The notes under the pieces: model-generated | The model's input: the letters and a program-made list of their open reading frames with translations, nothing else | Told to the model about the DNA's origin: nothing | The model's database searches: none | NCBI GenBank assembly: GCA_934095845.1 | Contig: CAKOKS010000004.1 | Location: 3,626-67,625 of the forward strand | DNA length: 64,000 bases | DNA from: an uncultured Bacilli bacterium | Lineage (GTDB): Bacteria > Bacillota_I > Bacilli_A > RF39 > UBA660 | Reading direction: 5' to 3' | Program-made: the position numbers and the translations under genes | Part shown: piece after piece, positions 1-8,008 of the stretch | How positions within the stretch are numbered: position 1 is the first letter of the stretch | Layout of the letters: each line of letters starts with the position of its first letter

Positions 1-1133
1 TGGATTTAGGTAAAATTGCTTATGTTGGTAAACAAGGTGTACTTTGTTTAATGGCAGAATCAGTATTTTCAGAAAGAAAAGGACATACTTCTCCACATCA
101 TAGATTAACTGGGTGGTTTAAAGATACATTTAATCATGCTGAAGGTAGAATAATTATTTCAACATTACCAGTTCATTTACATACTATTCAAGAAATATTT
201 GATGCAGCAAATAACATGCATAAAAAAATAGTTGTCATGGGTAAAAGACTACAAAATATTATTAATATGGCAATTAAGAATGGATACTTAAATATTAAAT
301 TAAGTAATCTTGGAGATTTAAATGATATAAATGCTAATAATGCTATTCTTCTTGTATGTGATGATCGTGAAAGACCATATGCAACTGTTGATAAAATAGT
401 TAATGGAAATGATAAATTCATAACTTTAAAACCAACTGATACAGTTGTGTTTGCTGAACCTAAATATGATGCGACAGAAAAGATATTTGTTCGTATTCAA
501 GATGAAATAGCTATGATGGGTGCAAATGTTGTTACATTACCTAATACTTATACAATTTTACATCATGCTAGCCAAGAAGATTTAATGATAATGTTAAATC
601 TTGTTAATCCAAAATATTATATGCCAGTTAAAGGTGAATATAGATCAATGGTTAATAATGCTAATTTAGCAAGTAATCTTGGTATGAAATCTGAAAATAT
701 TTTATTGAAACAAAATGGTGATGTTGTAGAATTTGTTGATGGAGTTTTACAAGATAAGTTTGAAACTATTAAAGTTGACGATGTTTTAATAGATGGTAAG
801 AGTAGTGATGATGTTGGTGAACTAGTTATTAAAGATAGAGAAATGCTAGGCGAAAATGGTATTATGCTAATAAGTGCAACATTAGATAAACAAACAAAGA
901 AAATACTTGTTGGACCAGAAGTTACAACTCGTGGATTTATTTATGTAAAAGATTCATATGATATGATAGAAGAAATAAAGAGAATCTCTGTTAATATAAT
1001 TGAGGCAAATACAACTCCTAAATTCGTTGATTATAATCAAATAAAAAATGAAATTAGAGAAGAGTTAAGTAAATATTTCTTAAGTGAAACCGAAACTAAA
1101 CCAATGATTATAGCAGTTATTCAAGAAGTGTAA
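1..1133 (+). CDS. rnj: Ribonuclease J (C-terminal ~375 aa; 5' end lies outside the window)
   Basis: The frame is open to the window edge. ..GVLCLMAESVFSERKGHTS.., ..HHASQEDLMIMLNLVNPKYYMPVKGEYR.. and the C-terminal ..KPMIIAVIQEV match, by eye, the beta-CASP and C-terminal regions of Bacillus RNase J1. Confidence 0.75.
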   Translation, partial: DLGKIAYVGKQGVLCLMAESVFSERKGHTSPHHRLTGWFKDTFNHAEGRIIISTLPVHLHTIQEIFDAANNMHKKIVVMGKRLQNIINMAIKNGYLNIKLSNLGDLNDINANNAILLVCDDRERPYATVDKIVNGNDKFITLKPTDTVVFAEPKYDATEKIFVRIQDEIAMMGANVVTLPNTYTILHHASQEDLMIMLNLVNPKYYMPVKGEYRSMVNNANLASNLGMKSENILLKQNGDVVEFVDGVLQDKFETIKVDDVLIDGKSSDDVGELVIKDREMLGENGIMLISATLDKQTKKILVGPEVTTRGFIYVKDSYDMIEEIKRISVNIIEANTTPKFVDYNQIKNEIREELSKYFLSETETKPMIIAVIQEV

Positions 1134-1152
1134 AGGAAAAAAGTTGTTTATT

Positions 1153-1281
1153 ATGGGTTATAAAGTTAATAGTAATAGAAATGAAGTAGAAAAAGATTTA
1201 ATTAAAAAATTAATGGAATGTGGAATAGAAATAAAATATCCAGAACCAAAAAAAGATGAGAAAGAAACTAAAGAAAAATAG
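1153..1281 (+). CDS. Possible 42-aa Lys/Glu-rich small protein
   Basis: ATG..TAG ORF (MGYKVNSNRNEVEKDLIKKLMECGIEIKYPEPKKDEKETKEK) sits between rnj and a terminator hairpin. There is no convincing SD, so this is weakly supported. Confidence 0.25.
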   Translation: MGYKVNSNRNEVEKDLIKKLMECGIEIKYPEPKKDEKETKEK

Positions 1282-1292
1282 TTTCTTTTTTT
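1261..1292 (+). terminator. Rho-independent terminator after rnj / the small ORF
   Basis: Stem aaagaaac/gtttcttt followed by a T-run. Confidence 0.5.
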
Positions 1293-1403
1293 AAAATTTA
1301 GAAGTAAAATACATATTTATAGGGTTATATATTAGTAGAGGGTATTTAACAATTGATTTAAAAAATAAAATAATATACAATATAAATTAAGGAAGTGAGA
1401 CTC

Positions 1404-2684
1404 ATGAAAAATAGTTTATTACCAGCTGATACGTATACAATTATTAATCAAACTATTTTGACTGAGATAGATAAAAAAATCATTATTTCTTTATATGAAC
1501 CTATTATTGGACCCATTGCTGTAAGTCTTTATTTAACTTTTTGGGCTGATCTTGATAAATTAGAATTAATGAGTAAAGATTTTACTCATCATCATTTAAT
1601 GACTATTTTAAAATCAAAATTAACTGATATTGAAAATGCTAGAAAGAGTTTGGAAGCAGTTGGTCTTTTAAAAAGTTATATTAAAAGAAATGATAATATA
1701 AATGAATATTTATATGAACTTTATTCTCCACTAAGTGCAAGTGAGTTTTTAAATCATCCAGTTTTAAGTATACTTCTTTTAAATAATATTGGAGAAAATG
1801 AATATAATATTATTTTAAATAATTATAAGAAACATAATTTTAATAAAAATGATTATGAAGAAATTACTTCAAGTATGAATGAAACATTTAAATCTGTTAA
1901 TGAAAATGTATTTGAAGAAAATATTAGAAATACTAAGAAGTTAGGTATAAATATAGCAAGTTCAATTGATTTTGAGCTTTTAGAATCAACTTTACCAAAA
2001 GGACTTGTTACTAGTAAGACTTTTAATAAAAAAACAAAAGACTTAATAAATCAATTAGCTTTTATTTATAATATTGATTCTGTTAAGATGAGCGAAATAA
2101 TTAGACTTGTTATTGATGAATATGGAATTATTAATAAAGATAAATTAAGAAGTGCGACTAGAAAAAATTATGAATATAACAATAATGGAAGTTTACCTAC
2201 AATTGTTTATAGAACTCAACCGGAGTATTTAAAGAGTCCAAGTGGAGATTTATCTAATAGAGGTAAAATGATTCATGTATTTGAAAATACTAAACCTTAT
2301 GACTTTTTAAAGAGTAGAAATAAAGGTATTAAGCCAACTAGCAGAGATTTAAAAATACTTGAACATATTGCTGTTGATTTTGATTTACCACCAGGAGTTG
2401 TTAATGTTTTAGTTGATTATGCTCTTTTAGTAAATAATGGTAAAATTAATAATGCTTATATGGAAGCAATTGCTAGTACTTGGTCTAGAAAAGGTATTAA
2501 AACTGTTGAAGATGCCATGAACTTAGCTGAAAAAGGGCATAAGAAAACTGTTAAAGTTGTAAAAGAAACAAAGAACAATGTTAATATAAATGTTCCTGCA
2601 TGGATGGATAAAGACAACAAAAGTGAAGAGATGAGTGAAGAAGAGTTAAAAGAACTTGAAACTATGTTTGAAGAATTTAGGTGA
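1404..2684 (+). CDS. dnaB: Replication initiation/membrane attachment protein, Bacillus DnaB-type (DnaD-like domains)
   Basis: ATG at 1404 lies 8 nt after AAGGAAG. DnaD/DnaB_2-like segments are present (..VNVLVDYALLVNNGKINNAYMEAIASTWSRKGIKTVEDA..). It overlaps the downstream dnaI-like gene, as in the Bacillus dnaB-dnaI pair. Confidence 0.7.
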   Translation: MKNSLLPADTYTIINQTILTEIDKKIIISLYEPIIGPIAVSLYLTFWADLDKLELMSKDFTHHHLMTILKSKLTDIENARKSLEAVGLLKSYIKRNDNINEYLYELYSPLSASEFLNHPVLSILLLNNIGENEYNIILNNYKKHNFNKNDYEEITSSMNETFKSVNENVFEENIRNTKKLGINIASSIDFELLESTLPKGLVTSKTFNKKTKDLINQLAFIYNIDSVKMSEIIRLVIDEYGIINKDKLRSATRKNYEYNNNGSLPTIVYRTQPEYLKSPSGDLSNRGKMIHVFENTKPYDFLKSRNKGIKPTSRDLKILEHIAVDFDLPPGVVNVLVDYALLVNNGKINNAYMEAIASTWSRKGIKTVEDAMNLAEKGHKKTVKVVKETKNNVNINVPAWMDKDNKSEEMSEEELKELETMFEEFR

Positions 2685-3598
2685 TAGCTGTGGAAAAGAT
2701 AAATTTATTAAATGAAACTGATAGAAAAGACTTAGAAAGAAATCTACTTAAAAGTTATGTTGAAGCTTGTAAAAATGAAGATTTTAAAAAGTTAATTAAA
2801 AGACTTAATATAAGTGAAGATGTAGCAATTAAATATACTTCTAAATTAGAACGTACTTTAGAAGAATTAAATAAATGTAGTAAATGTAAAAGTCTATTAG
2901 AATGTAAAAATAAAGTTTCTGGTTGTGTTTATTTTCCTAAAGAAGAAAATAATAGACTTAATTTTGATTATGTAGAATGTAAATATAAAAAAGCTTATGA
3001 TAAAGAAGAGAAACTTAAAACTATTGTGTTTGATGAACCTTTAGCTATTAAAAATGCATCTATGAAAGATATTGATTTAACAGATAAAAAGAGAAAGGAA
3101 GTTATAAAGTGGATAAATACTTTTTATAAAGAATATAAGAAAGATAAACATTTAAAAGGATTATATCTACATGGATCTTTTGGATCTGGTAAAAGTTATT
3201 TGATTGCTGCTTTATTTAATGAACTTGCAAAAAGTGGAGTAAAATCAATTATAGTTTACTATCCAGAACTTTTAAGAAGTTTAAAAGAATCATTTAATGA
3301 TGATTTTGATGAAAGAATGCAAGCTTTAAGAAATGCTGATTTACTTTTAATAGATGATATAGGAGCAGAAAGTGTTACTCCTTGGTGTAGAGATGAAATA
3401 CTTGGAACTATTTTACAATATAGAATGGATTCAAAACTTCCAACATTTTTTACATCTAATTTAAATAAAGAAGAATTATCAATGCATCTTGCAAGTACTA
3501 AAAATGGAGTAGATATTGTAAAATCAAAAAGAATTATTGAAAGAATTAATCAATTAACTGTTGATATGGAACTAATAAGCGAGAACAGAAGAAAATAA
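2681..3598 (+). CDS. dnaI: Primosomal helicase loader DnaI (AAA+)
   Basis: Cys-rich N-terminal region (CSKCKS..C), Walker A GSFGSGKSYL and Walker B LLLIDDIG. GTGA start/stop overlap with the upstream gene. Confidence 0.8.
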   Translation: MIAVEKINLLNETDRKDLERNLLKSYVEACKNEDFKKLIKRLNISEDVAIKYTSKLERTLEELNKCSKCKSLLECKNKVSGCVYFPKEENNRLNFDYVECKYKKAYDKEEKLKTIVFDEPLAIKNASMKDIDLTDKKRKEVIKWINTFYKEYKKDKHLKGLYLHGSFGSGKSYLIAALFNELAKSGVKSIIVYYPELLRSLKESFNDDFDERMQALRNADLLLIDDIGAESVTPWCRDEILGTILQYRMDSKLPTFFTSNLNKEELSMHLASTKNGVDIVKSKRIIERINQLTVDMELISENRRK

Positions 3599-3602
3599 TT
3601 TC

Positions 3603-3631
3603 TTGAAATGTTTTGATTATTATTTTATAAT
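3603..3631 (+). promoter_or_regulatory. SigA-type promoter of Tad module A
   Basis: TTGAAA-17 nt-TATAAT. It is followed after 5 nt by TAGAATTGTGGTG, the 5'-UTR signature shared with other system genes. Confidence 0.5.
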
Positions 3632-3655
3632 TAATATAGAATTGTGGTGTCGAGA

Positions 3656-4855
3656 ATGAAAAAAAGTTTGATGTTTATTTTTAGTGCTTTGTTAATTTTT
3701 GTTTCAACAAATGTATATGCCGCTCCAACTGGACAAAGTGGAATAAGTTTTGGAGAATGTTATAGATTTGCTGATGGTTTTAAAACTATTGGAATTAATG
3801 AAGGAAGTTATTATTATAAATATTGCTATCGTGCTACTTGTGGAAGTGATTCTAAATATTCTTTAGATCCAATGACTACACTTGCATCTTATAAATGCCA
3901 AAATGGAAACTATGAACCATATAGTCAAATAACAAGTGATGGTTGTAGCAAATATAGTGGAAGTTGTAAAACAGGAAGTAATCCTTATTGTACAAGAGTT
4001 GAATTCGTAGATTGTAATAGAAAAAAAGATGGAAGTGCTTATTCCAATGGAGGTTCTACTACACCTGATACACCTACAACTCCTGATACACCAACAATAA
4101 TAACAACTACAAGAAAAACAACTAAAAAAAATAATAATAAAACAACAACTAGACCTAGAAAATCAACAACTGGTTTTACAGCTCCAACAACAGGAACTAC
4201 AACTACTGAAGCTCAAGTATCTAGTAATAATAATATTAAAAGTGTAACTATTAATGGACAAGATACAAGATATAGAGAAGGAAAAAATGAATATTCTTTG
4301 AAACTTCCTTATGATATGGCTAATATTGAAGTTGGTGTAGAACTTGAAAGTAAAAGAGCAACTTATGAAGTAATTGGAAATACAAATATGCCAAATGAAG
4401 ATACTCAAATGAAAATTATTGTTACTGCTGAAAATGGAGATAAAAAAGAAGTAACATATAATATTACTCGTTATAGTGTTGAGTCAAGTGATTGTACACT
4501 TGCTAATATTTATATTGAAGATTATGAGCTTGAATTTTCCAAAAATAAATATGAATATGTTCTTAATTTACCAAAGAATGTAAATTCAATAGATATAAGT
4601 GTTGTACCAACTCAAGAACAAAGTGCAACATATGAAATAAATGGAAATGAAAAACTAAAAAACAAAAGTGTAATTGATATAATTGTATTAAGCGCTGATG
4701 GTACTGAATGTAATTATCAAATAAAGATTAAGAAAACATCTAATACTTGGAAATATTTATTATTAATTATTTTATTAGGTGGAGTTCTTGGAACAGCAAT
4801 TTACTTCTTATATAAATTCTTGAAGAAGAGTAAAGGTAAATACAAATATGAATAA
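3656..4855 (+). CDS. Secreted/anchored protein: Cys-rich domain, Thr/Pro linker, two cadherin-like beta-sandwich repeats, C-terminal TM
   Basis: Signal peptide (..STNVYA|AP), a ~110-aa Cys-rich region, a linker (PDTPTTPDTPT, TTTRKTTKK) and two ~85-aa repeats (..YEYVLNLPKNVNSIDISVVP..ATYEING..). The C-terminus is a hydrophobic helix plus a Lys-rich tail. Confidence 0.6.
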   Translation: MKKSLMFIFSALLIFVSTNVYAAPTGQSGISFGECYRFADGFKTIGINEGSYYYKYCYRATCGSDSKYSLDPMTTLASYKCQNGNYEPYSQITSDGCSKYSGSCKTGSNPYCTRVEFVDCNRKKDGSAYSNGGSTTPDTPTTPDTPTIITTTRKTTKKNNNKTTTRPRKSTTGFTAPTTGTTTTEAQVSSNNNIKSVTINGQDTRYREGKNEYSLKLPYDMANIEVGVELESKRATYEVIGNTNMPNEDTQMKIIVTAENGDKKEVTYNITRYSVESSDCTLANIYIEDYELEFSKNKYEYVLNLPKNVNSIDISVVPTQEQSATYEINGNEKLKNKSVIDIIVLSADGTECNYQIKIKKTSNTWKYLLLIILLGGVLGTAIYFLYKFLKKSKGKYKYE

Positions 4856-4921
4856 AAGAGTTTTTCTCTTTTATTTTTTTTGAATTAAATGTATAATTAG
4901 ATTAAAGAATAGGATGATTAT

Positions 4922-5404
4922 ATGAGAGATTCAATTAATGGACTTTGGCTTTTTGGTATAGTAATGACCTTAATGGTATTCTTAATTGCATTTGTTGCTA
5001 TAAGTTTAAATTATAGTCGTGCATTTAGAATGAAAAGTGAAATGGTTAATGTAATAGAACAATATAATGGAATAAATGGGAATACGATAAATAAGTTAGA
5101 TGCGATTACTAATAGTTATGGATATAGAACAACTAAAAAATGTAGAAAAAAAGAAGGAGTAACAGTAATTGGTATAAAAGATGGTTACGTAACTAAGAAT
5201 CCAAAAGATGCTCAAGAATATTGTATTTATAGAACTGAATATACTGGAAGTTGTAATTCGGCTTACGAATGTGATACTAAGTATATTTATAATTTAGATG
5301 TGTTCTTTTCAATTAATTTACCACTTTTTGGAAATATATTTACGTATACAGTAAGTGGAGAAACTAAACAAATACTTTATCCGGAGGAATCGTACTTAAA
5401 GTAA
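4922..5404 (+). CDS. TadE/TadG-like pseudopilin candidate (paralogue of 5814..6311)
   Basis: N-terminal hydrophobic helix followed by ..SLNYSRAF.., a TadE-like pattern. The ectodomain contains Cys residues. It lies in a cluster with Flp-like and TadZ-like genes. The call is weak and by eye. Confidence 0.45.
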   Translation: MRDSINGLWLFGIVMTLMVFLIAFVAISLNYSRAFRMKSEMVNVIEQYNGINGNTINKLDAITNSYGYRTTKKCRKKEGVTVIGIKDGYVTKNPKDAQEYCIYRTEYTGSCNSAYECDTKYIYNLDVFFSINLPLFGNIFTYTVSGETKQILYPEESYLK

Positions 5405-5429
5405 AAGTGTAAATGTTTACATAAAATAA

Positions 5430-5458
5430 TTGAATATGGAAAATAATAATAGTATAAT
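5430..5458 (+). promoter_or_regulatory. SigA-type promoter upstream of the Flp-like pilin gene
   Basis: TTGAAT-17 nt-TATAAT. A TGTAAAtgTTTACA palindrome lies just upstream (5408-5421), and TATAAA follows 5 nt after the -10. Confidence 0.45.
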
Positions 5459-5490
5459 GAGTTTATAAAGATAGGAGATGTTAATTTTAT

Positions 5491-5778
5491 ATGAAAGACG
5501 CAACAGGCGAATTAAGTATGACTGCAGTAGCAGTAGTAGCAATAGCTGCAATATCTGTATTATTTTCACAAGTAATATGGCCAATGATAAAAACTAATAT
5601 TATTAATCAGTCTAAATGTACAGCTGCATATGCATGTGAATGTAATGGTGGAAATACATGTGAATGTGTATATTTAAATGATAGTGGCGGCGAAGATAAG
5701 GTTACTTGCCCTAGATCATCAGTAAAAGATGACGTTGGTGGTGGAAAAGGTACAGGAACTACTGCTGCACCTAAATAA
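5491..5778 (+). CDS. Flp-like small pilin candidate with Cys-rich C-terminal tail
   Basis: 95 aa. A short polar leader (MKDATG) is followed by a ~25-aa hydrophobic helix (ELSMTAVAVVAIAAISVLF..), then CTAAYACECNGGNTCEC.. and a Gly-rich end. It has a good SD (TAGGAG) and sits between two TadE-like genes. Confidence 0.45.
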   Translation: MKDATGELSMTAVAVVAIAAISVLFSQVIWPMIKTNIINQSKCTAAYACECNGGNTCECVYLNDSGGEDKVTCPRSSVKDDVGGGKGTGTTAAPK

Positions 5779-5813
5779 GATTTAAATTAATTTAATATTG
5801 GAGATGATAACGC

Positions 5814-6311
5814 ATGAGAGAAGCAATTGGTGCAACATGGATAATGGGAATCGTAATTGCTTTCATTGCGTTATTTTCAGGTTTCTTAGCTTTTTCTATT
5901 AACTATTCAAAAGCTTTTAAGGTTAAAAATGGAATTGTTGAAAGAATTGAAAAATATGGTGGTGTTAGTGAAGAAGCAAAAAGTGATATAAATTCATTTT
6001 TAAAAGAAATCGGTTATAATGCACTTGGAAGTTGTGATATGTTACTTTCCGATGAAAATTTAAAATTTGCTGGCTTTAGAATAGATGAAGGAACAAGTCA
6101 TAATAATGCAAAAGATAAATATAATTTTTGTATTCAAAAAATTCATTCAAATTCTGGAACTGGGCAAATGAGTACAGCATATTATAAGGTGTACGTTTTC
6201 TTTTCATTATCTATTCCAGTTATTCAAGATATTACTAAATTTAATGTAACTGGAGAAACAAAAAATATTTATTTTCCTAAAGACGGAAGCACTTTTGGAA
6301 GTTCTAGCTAG
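5814..6311 (+). CDS. TadE/TadG-like pseudopilin candidate (paralogue of 4922..5404)
   Basis: Same architecture as 4922..5404: ..AFSINYSKAF.. after the N-terminal helix, and the shared C-terminal motif ..TGETK.I.(Y/F)P... Confidence 0.45.
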   Translation: MREAIGATWIMGIVIAFIALFSGFLAFSINYSKAFKVKNGIVERIEKYGGVSEEAKSDINSFLKEIGYNALGSCDMLLSDENLKFAGFRIDEGTSHNNAKDKYNFCIQKIHSNSGTGQMSTAYYKVYVFFSLSIPVIQDITKFNVTGETKNIYFPKDGSTFGSSS

Positions 6312-6321
6312 GAGGAAAAGC

Positions 6322-7302
6322 ATGAATGTTGTAACAGCAAATGAAAATAAAAATATAATTGACCGTCTAGACTTTGACATTATTAAAAGAATAGATGGTG
6401 AATATGACGTTAAAGAGTTAATGGGTAAACTTACTAATTTATATTTTAATAAGTTAGTTATTGATATTACATCTATTAAAGATTATCGTAACGTAAATAT
6501 ATTTAATGAATTAAAACAATATGTTGATCCTAATAAGGTAATTATTTTACTTAATAGTGATTCAATAGTTAATAGTAGGGATTATGTTTCAAATATGATT
6601 AAAGCAGGATTTTATAACTTTAGTCGTAACTTTGAAGGAATTAAATTCTTGTATGGAACTCCTAATGATTATGAAAAAGTAAAACACTTTGTTGTAGATG
6701 ATACAGAAGTAATACCTTTTAATGGCGTTGAAGAGATTCAAGAAATTGATGAACCTTCTTTATCATTTGATGGAAAAAAAGTAATTGGATTAATTGACTT
6801 AACTGATCATGCAGGGGCAAGTACACTTACAAATATGATGGTACGTCAACTTAATAACCATGGATATAAAGCATATGGTATTGAAATGTTTAGACAAGAT
6901 CTTATTTATTATAGAAGTGATAACTTATCATCTTGTATGAATAAAAATGATTTAGATATAAAATTAAAACAATTAACTGATGCTGAAGCTATAATTATTG
7001 ATTTAAATGAATTTGGTGAAGCAAATATATACTGTGATGAAATTCTTTATTTAGTAGAGCCATCTTATATAAGACTTACTAAATTGCTTAGAAAAAACAG
7101 AAATGCATTTTCAGAAAGAAAAAATGATAAAATTGTTCTTAATATGAGTTTTGTAACAGAAAATGATAAACCTGATTTTGAATATGAATTAAAGTGTAAA
7201 GTATTTGCAAATATTCCTCCTATTAACGATAGGAATAAAAATAGTAATGATATCAATGATTTATTATATAAATTAGGTTTTAAAAATGTAAAAGAAATGT
7301 AA
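6322..7302 (+). CDS. TadZ/CpaE-like protein (receiver-like N-domain plus ParA/MinD-like domain with a degenerate Walker A)
   Basis: ATG at 6322 follows AGGAGG. The N-terminal ~100 aa are receiver-like (..LVIDITSIKDY..VIILLNS..). In the C-terminal domain ..VIGLIDLTDHAGASTLTNMM.. occupies the position of a deviant Walker A and has no Lys. Confidence 0.5.
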   Translation: MNVVTANENKNIIDRLDFDIIKRIDGEYDVKELMGKLTNLYFNKLVIDITSIKDYRNVNIFNELKQYVDPNKVIILLNSDSIVNSRDYVSNMIKAGFYNFSRNFEGIKFLYGTPNDYEKVKHFVVDDTEVIPFNGVEEIQEIDEPSLSFDGKKVIGLIDLTDHAGASTLTNMMVRQLNNHGYKAYGIEMFRQDLIYYRSDNLSSCMNKNDLDIKLKQLTDAEAIIIDLNEFGEANIYCDEILYLVEPSYIRLTKLLRKNRNAFSERKNDKIVLNMSFVTENDKPDFEYELKCKVFANIPPINDRNKNSNDINDLLYKLGFKNVKEM

Positions 7303-7366
7303 TATTGTTGACAAAATAGAAATTAATATTTTATAATTAGATTATGAAAAGAGAGAAGGTATATTT

Positions 7367-7711
7367 ATGATAGGATTCACAATTGGTAGTTTTTGTGGAG
7401 AAGCAAAAGAAATCTTGCAATTCGTTGGTTATATTTTAACTGTAGTAAAATTAGCAATACCTCTATTAATAATTGCATTTGGTATATTTGATTTAGGAAA
7501 AGCAGTTACTTCTGGAAAAGATGATGAAACTAAAAAGGCAGCTAAAACTCTTATGTGGAGAGCAATTGCTGGTGTATTCATTTTCTTTATTCCAAGTATT
7601 GTAATTTGGTTATTTGGAACAATTGCATCATATAATGAAGCAGCTAAAACTGATAACAATGGTTTCCAAACTTGTTCAGATTGTATATTAACACCATGGA
7701 ATTGTAACTAA
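7367..7711 (+). CDS. Small polytopic membrane protein (VirB2/TrbC-like topology), last gene of Tad module A
   Basis: Two long hydrophobic helices flank a charged loop (..GKDDETKKAAKTLMWR..), with a Cys-containing tail (CSDCILTPWNC). I cannot assign a family with confidence. Confidence 0.5.
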   Translation: MIGFTIGSFCGEAKEILQFVGYILTVVKLAIPLLIIAFGIFDLGKAVTSGKDDETKKAAKTLMWRAIAGVFIFFIPSIVIWLFGTIASYNEAAKTDNNGFQTCSDCILTPWNCN

Positions 7712-7712
7712 G

Positions 7713-7734
7713 GTTGACATAGTCAACTTTTTTT
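7713..7734 (+). terminator. Rho-independent terminator of Tad module A
   Basis: gttgac-ata-gtcaac followed by TTTTTTT. Confidence 0.7.
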
Positions 7735-7835
7735 ATGCTCAAGTTTTTCCCTTTTTTTAGTATTTTATATTATAATATATCTATATTCGACATTAATTTC
7801 TATAATTTATTATTATAGTAATAATGGTGATATAT

Positions 7836-8006
7836 ATGAAGGTTAAAGTTATAGATGAAGCACATGAAGAGGATTTAGAAAGAAGTGTTAATGCTTTTAT
7901 AAGTTTAGTTGAAGTTATTGATATTAAATTTCAAGTTAGTGCATCAATTTTTGGAGAAGAACAAATATATTGTTTTTCAGCTATGATAATTTATAAAGAA
8001 GGTTAG
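7836..8006 (+). CDS. cse60: Sporulation protein Cse60-like
   Basis: 56 aa. MKVKVIDEAHEEDLERSVNAF..IDIKFQVS..QIYCFSAMIIY resembles the Bacillus Cse60/YteV pattern as I remember it. Confidence 0.55.
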   Translation: MKVKVIDEAHEEDLERSVNAFISLVEVIDIKFQVSASIFGEEQIYCFSAMIIYKEG

Positions 8007-8008
8007 AT

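Noticed and set aside
3656-4855. The C-terminal TM plus Lys-rich tail of the cadherin-like protein as a sortase (LPxTG/NPxTG) sorting signal for the SrtB-like enzyme at 60237.
   Set aside because: The sequence preceding the helix (..IKKTSNTWKY..) contains no LPxTG/NPxTG-like pentapeptide, so it is more simply a C-terminal membrane anchor.
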